Shown here piece by piece: positions 61,303 through 63,904 of a stretch of DNA of 63,904 nt (positions are counted from its first letter, which is position 1; every line of letters starts with the position of its first letter). The notes below the pieces were generated by a model that worked only from the letters and a program-made list of their open reading frames with translations, did no database searches and was not told where the DNA came from. This DNA is from Rhina ancylostomus (taxonomy: Eukaryota): the NCBI GenBank assembly GCA_030265395.1, contig JARFYF010000050.1:21097919-21161822 (forward strand), in the 5' to 3' direction. A program made the translations under genes and the position numbers.

Positions 61303-61459
61303 CACCCATTCCCAATAGGATCAGGCTCAAATGAACTCAACTGCTATCATTCTGCTGTGTAGTAATAACTGGAGGGTGTCAGGCCTTAAAGATAAGCTCC
61401 CCATAGCAGCTAGAGAACAGCAGCTCACATTATGACTGGCATTGAAGAGAGAAAAGCTG

Positions 61460-62550
61460 CAGGAGAGACAGCCCCCAGATTTTTTGAAAGGGACATCAAA
61501 GACCTAACAAATTAGTTACAGTATATACTAGTGGGGATGTTTAGAATTCCAAGGCTTGGCAGAAGGAGGCTAGAGACCCATAGCATGGTGCACCGCTGCA
61601 AGAGGTGTAATGATCTCTCAAGATGTCAGGATGAGGTACGCACAACTATAAAATGTTTTCTGATACAGATGCACTTATCCAAATAACAAACACACACAAA
61701 GTGTTAATCACAGTGTTACATATCCACTGCCTCAACACCCTGTTATCTCCTACCAGTTCCCATTTCCCCCATTCACATTCTACCCCAACAGGCACAGTAG
61801 TGTAATGGTTAGTGTAATGCTATTACAGCGCCAGTGACCCGGGTTCAATTCCGGTCACTGTAAGGAGTTTGTATGCTCTCCCAGTGTCTGCATGGGTTTC
61901 CTCCAGGTGCTCCGGTTTCCTCTCACACTCCAAATACATATGGGTTAGAAAGTTGTGGGTATGCTGTGTTGGTGCTGGAAGCGTGGCGACACTTGCGGGC
62001 TGCCCCAGAACATTCTACGCAAAGGATGCATTTCACTGTGTGTTTCAATGTACATGTGACTGTGAACGATATCTTATCTAATCTAATCTAACATTGAAAT
62101 CACGATTCCAAAGGAAGGATAATCAAAAACATTATTCAATGTCCTCCAGCTCCTTCACTCAGGCCAGGCCAAGAAGGAATAGGAGGGAGGTTATTACAGG
62201 TCTGGGGAGGCCACTTCAATCTGACACTTCACCAAGCTGGAGGAGACCATCCTGCTGCTAATGGGCAGAGACACACGGAGTGTGTAGGAAATCTGCCAGG
62301 TAAGCTCGCTAAAAATATTTCACTCTGATGGCTACATCTTTGTTGATTGATTGACAGTAGACTCTCTCATTAACATCTATGCTGCTGCATCACTATGAAA
62401 GTCGCTTGGACACAGCTTTACATCTGCAACTATCTTCTGTTTTGTTTGCAGCATATCTGTGGGGGATGGGGATATGTTGAAGTGGGGGGAGGAGAGGAGG
62501 AGGAGGAGAAGAGAAGGGAATGGGACACGACTCCTGTCCTCAACCTCCTT
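61460..62550 (+). pseudogene. Harbinger-type Myb/SANT (NAIF1/MSANTD-like) gene relic, three exons
   Basis: APRFFERDIKDL..AWQKEA..CKRCNDLSR|GT (61636); AG|..RRNRRE..TG.G..FTKLEETILLLMG..|GTAAGC (62163-62299); AG|acidic exon (62452). Stops and frameshifts are present. Confidence 0.65.
61790..62088 (+). mobile_element. V-SINE, full length
   Basis: A-box-like TAGTGTAATGG, B-box GGGTTCAATTCC, V domain GGGTTTCCTCCAGGTGCTCCGGTTTCC, tail ATGTACATGTGAC..TATCTTATCTAATCT. Confidence 0.92.
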
Positions 62551-62669
62551 TAATTTCCATCTGTCTCTGAATGTACCTCTGTTCTGAATGCAATCAATGA
62601 CTGAGCCCCACAGCCCTTAAGGGTAGAGAATTCCAAAGATACCGGGAGAAAAATAAGAGCTTCCAGTTC

Positions 62670-63690
62670 AACGCACAAAAAGCTGGAGGAACTCAGTGGG
62701 TCAGGCAGCATCTATGGAGGGAAATGGACAGCTGTCACTTCAGCTGCTGAGAAATTGACTGTCCATTTCCCTGCACAGATGCTGCCTGATCTGCTGAGTT
62801 ACTCCAGCTTTTTGTGCATTGCTCCAGATTCCAGCATCTGCAGTCTCTCATGTCTCCATTGAGTTTTCTGTTGTTTGACACTTTCATCTTCCATCTCTTT
62901 CTCACCTTGACCCATCTGTCTATGGCCTCCTGCACTGTTGTAACAAGGCCCAACACATGTTCCAGAAACAGCATCTCACCTTCTATCTGGGCATGTTGCA
63001 GCCTTTGGGGCTCAATATCCTGCTCTACAATTTCAGTTACCTCACTTCTTCTGTTTGTGTCAGAACAGGCCAGTCATTGCCAATTCCTTCCTCCCCCCAC
63101 AGATGCTGCTTGACCCTTTGGTTTCCTCCAGCAGATTATTTGCTGGCCTCTTCTGCTGTAGCTCATCCACTTGTAACATTGAATCAGTTTTTCTGTCTTC
63201 ACGAGCATGACCTGACCCGCTGCCACTTTCCAGAGCCCTCCAGTTTATTAGTTTTGACAAGCCCCTCTTTTTGTCTCTTATCTCTAACCACCACCATTAA
63301 TCTCTCATCCAGATGGGCCTCATCAGCATCTTATAACCATAACAACCCTGACCTCACCTGCTCAGAGATATTACTATTATTCTATCCAGCACTCCTTCAC
63401 CCTCTTTCCACCACCTAAAACCAACATTGGTACACTTTTCCAGTTCTGATGAAGGGTCTTTGACCTGAAACTTTAATCCTTCTTCTCTTTCCACAGATGC
63501 TTCCCGACCTGCTGAGTGTTTCCAGCATTTTCTGTTTTGAGTCCAAGGTTTTACCTCCCTCAAGTAACATAGCTAATATTCCAGGTCGAAGACTCCTCAT
63601 CAGAACAAGTCTGAAACATTAACTTTGTTCCTCCCACAGATGCAGCCTGACCTGCTGAATATTTCCAGAATTTTCTGTTTTTATTTTATA
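62670..63690 (+). mobile_element. Penelope-like retroelement cluster (inverted termini, GIY-YIG C-terminus, further termini)
   Basis: Inverted arms 62673-62731 and 62759-62817 (51/59 match). QKQHLTFYLGMLQPLGLNI..NF (~62963-63035) resembles Penelope endonuclease ends. More terminal repeats at ~63095, 63440-63540 and 63570-63690. Confidence 0.85.
63441..63478 (+). ncRNA. Minimal type I hammerhead ribozyme motif in Penelope terminus
   Basis: CAGTT-CTGATGA-A-GGGTC TTT GACCT-GAAA-CTTT-AAT: intact core boxes, 5-bp helix II, short helix I; helix III is mutated. Confidence 0.6.
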
Positions 63691-63904
63691 TAAAGCGAGA
63701 TTGCTGTTGTTGTTGTTGTTGTGATCTGAGGGGTCCTGGAGTCAGCTAAGTGCACAAGTTCCCCAGGTGTGAAGATGTCAGAGAGCAGGAACTCAGGGTC
63801 CTGATTAGGAGATCCTTGCAGTTCTCCACCCCACAACCTCATTCCCCATGGTCGGAATGCAATATGACCAGAGAGCCCTGGGCTTCCTCTGCATGATAAG
63901 CTTT

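Noticed and set aside
61790-61860. tRNA-like A/B boxes (also ~54975-55013 and ~61255-61300)
   Set aside because: SINE heads followed by V domain and tail; no complete cloverleaf.
1-63904. CRISPR arrays, operons or prokaryotic defence systems
   Set aside because: Vertebrate intron-containing locus; no regularly spaced repeat-spacer array or dense ORFs.

Overview
This is eukaryotic (vertebrate) genomic DNA with 11 N-gaps. It is most likely from a cartilaginous fish, probably a ray or batoid, judged from HE1/V-SINE, DeuSINE, CR1 and Penelope repeat families recalled from shark and ray genomes. The only intact gene segment is the first coding exon of netrin-1 (ntn1) on the minus strand (ATG at 36670). 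It encodes a signal peptide plus the laminin N-terminal domain VI and runs into a 702-nt gap at 35881. Positions 1-35179 appear to be part of the very long following intron; 36718-63904 is 5' UTR, promoter and upstream DNA. A ~19 kb CpG-retaining, repeat-poor domain (~31550-50950) surrounds the exon. The CpG-depleted flanks hold decayed CR1-like, RTE, Penelope, Gypsy and Harbinger elements and SINEs. The best second-look signals are: hammerhead-ribozyme cores in palindromic Penelope termini; the CpG domain, with paired transposon copies as an internal control; an unusual H103R in netrin-1; a Harbinger Myb relic that keeps splice signals; and an internally deleted CR1. I found no evidence of a wholly new multi-gene system. 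Repeat family names and orthologue comparisons come from memory, not database searches, and repeat boundaries are approximate.
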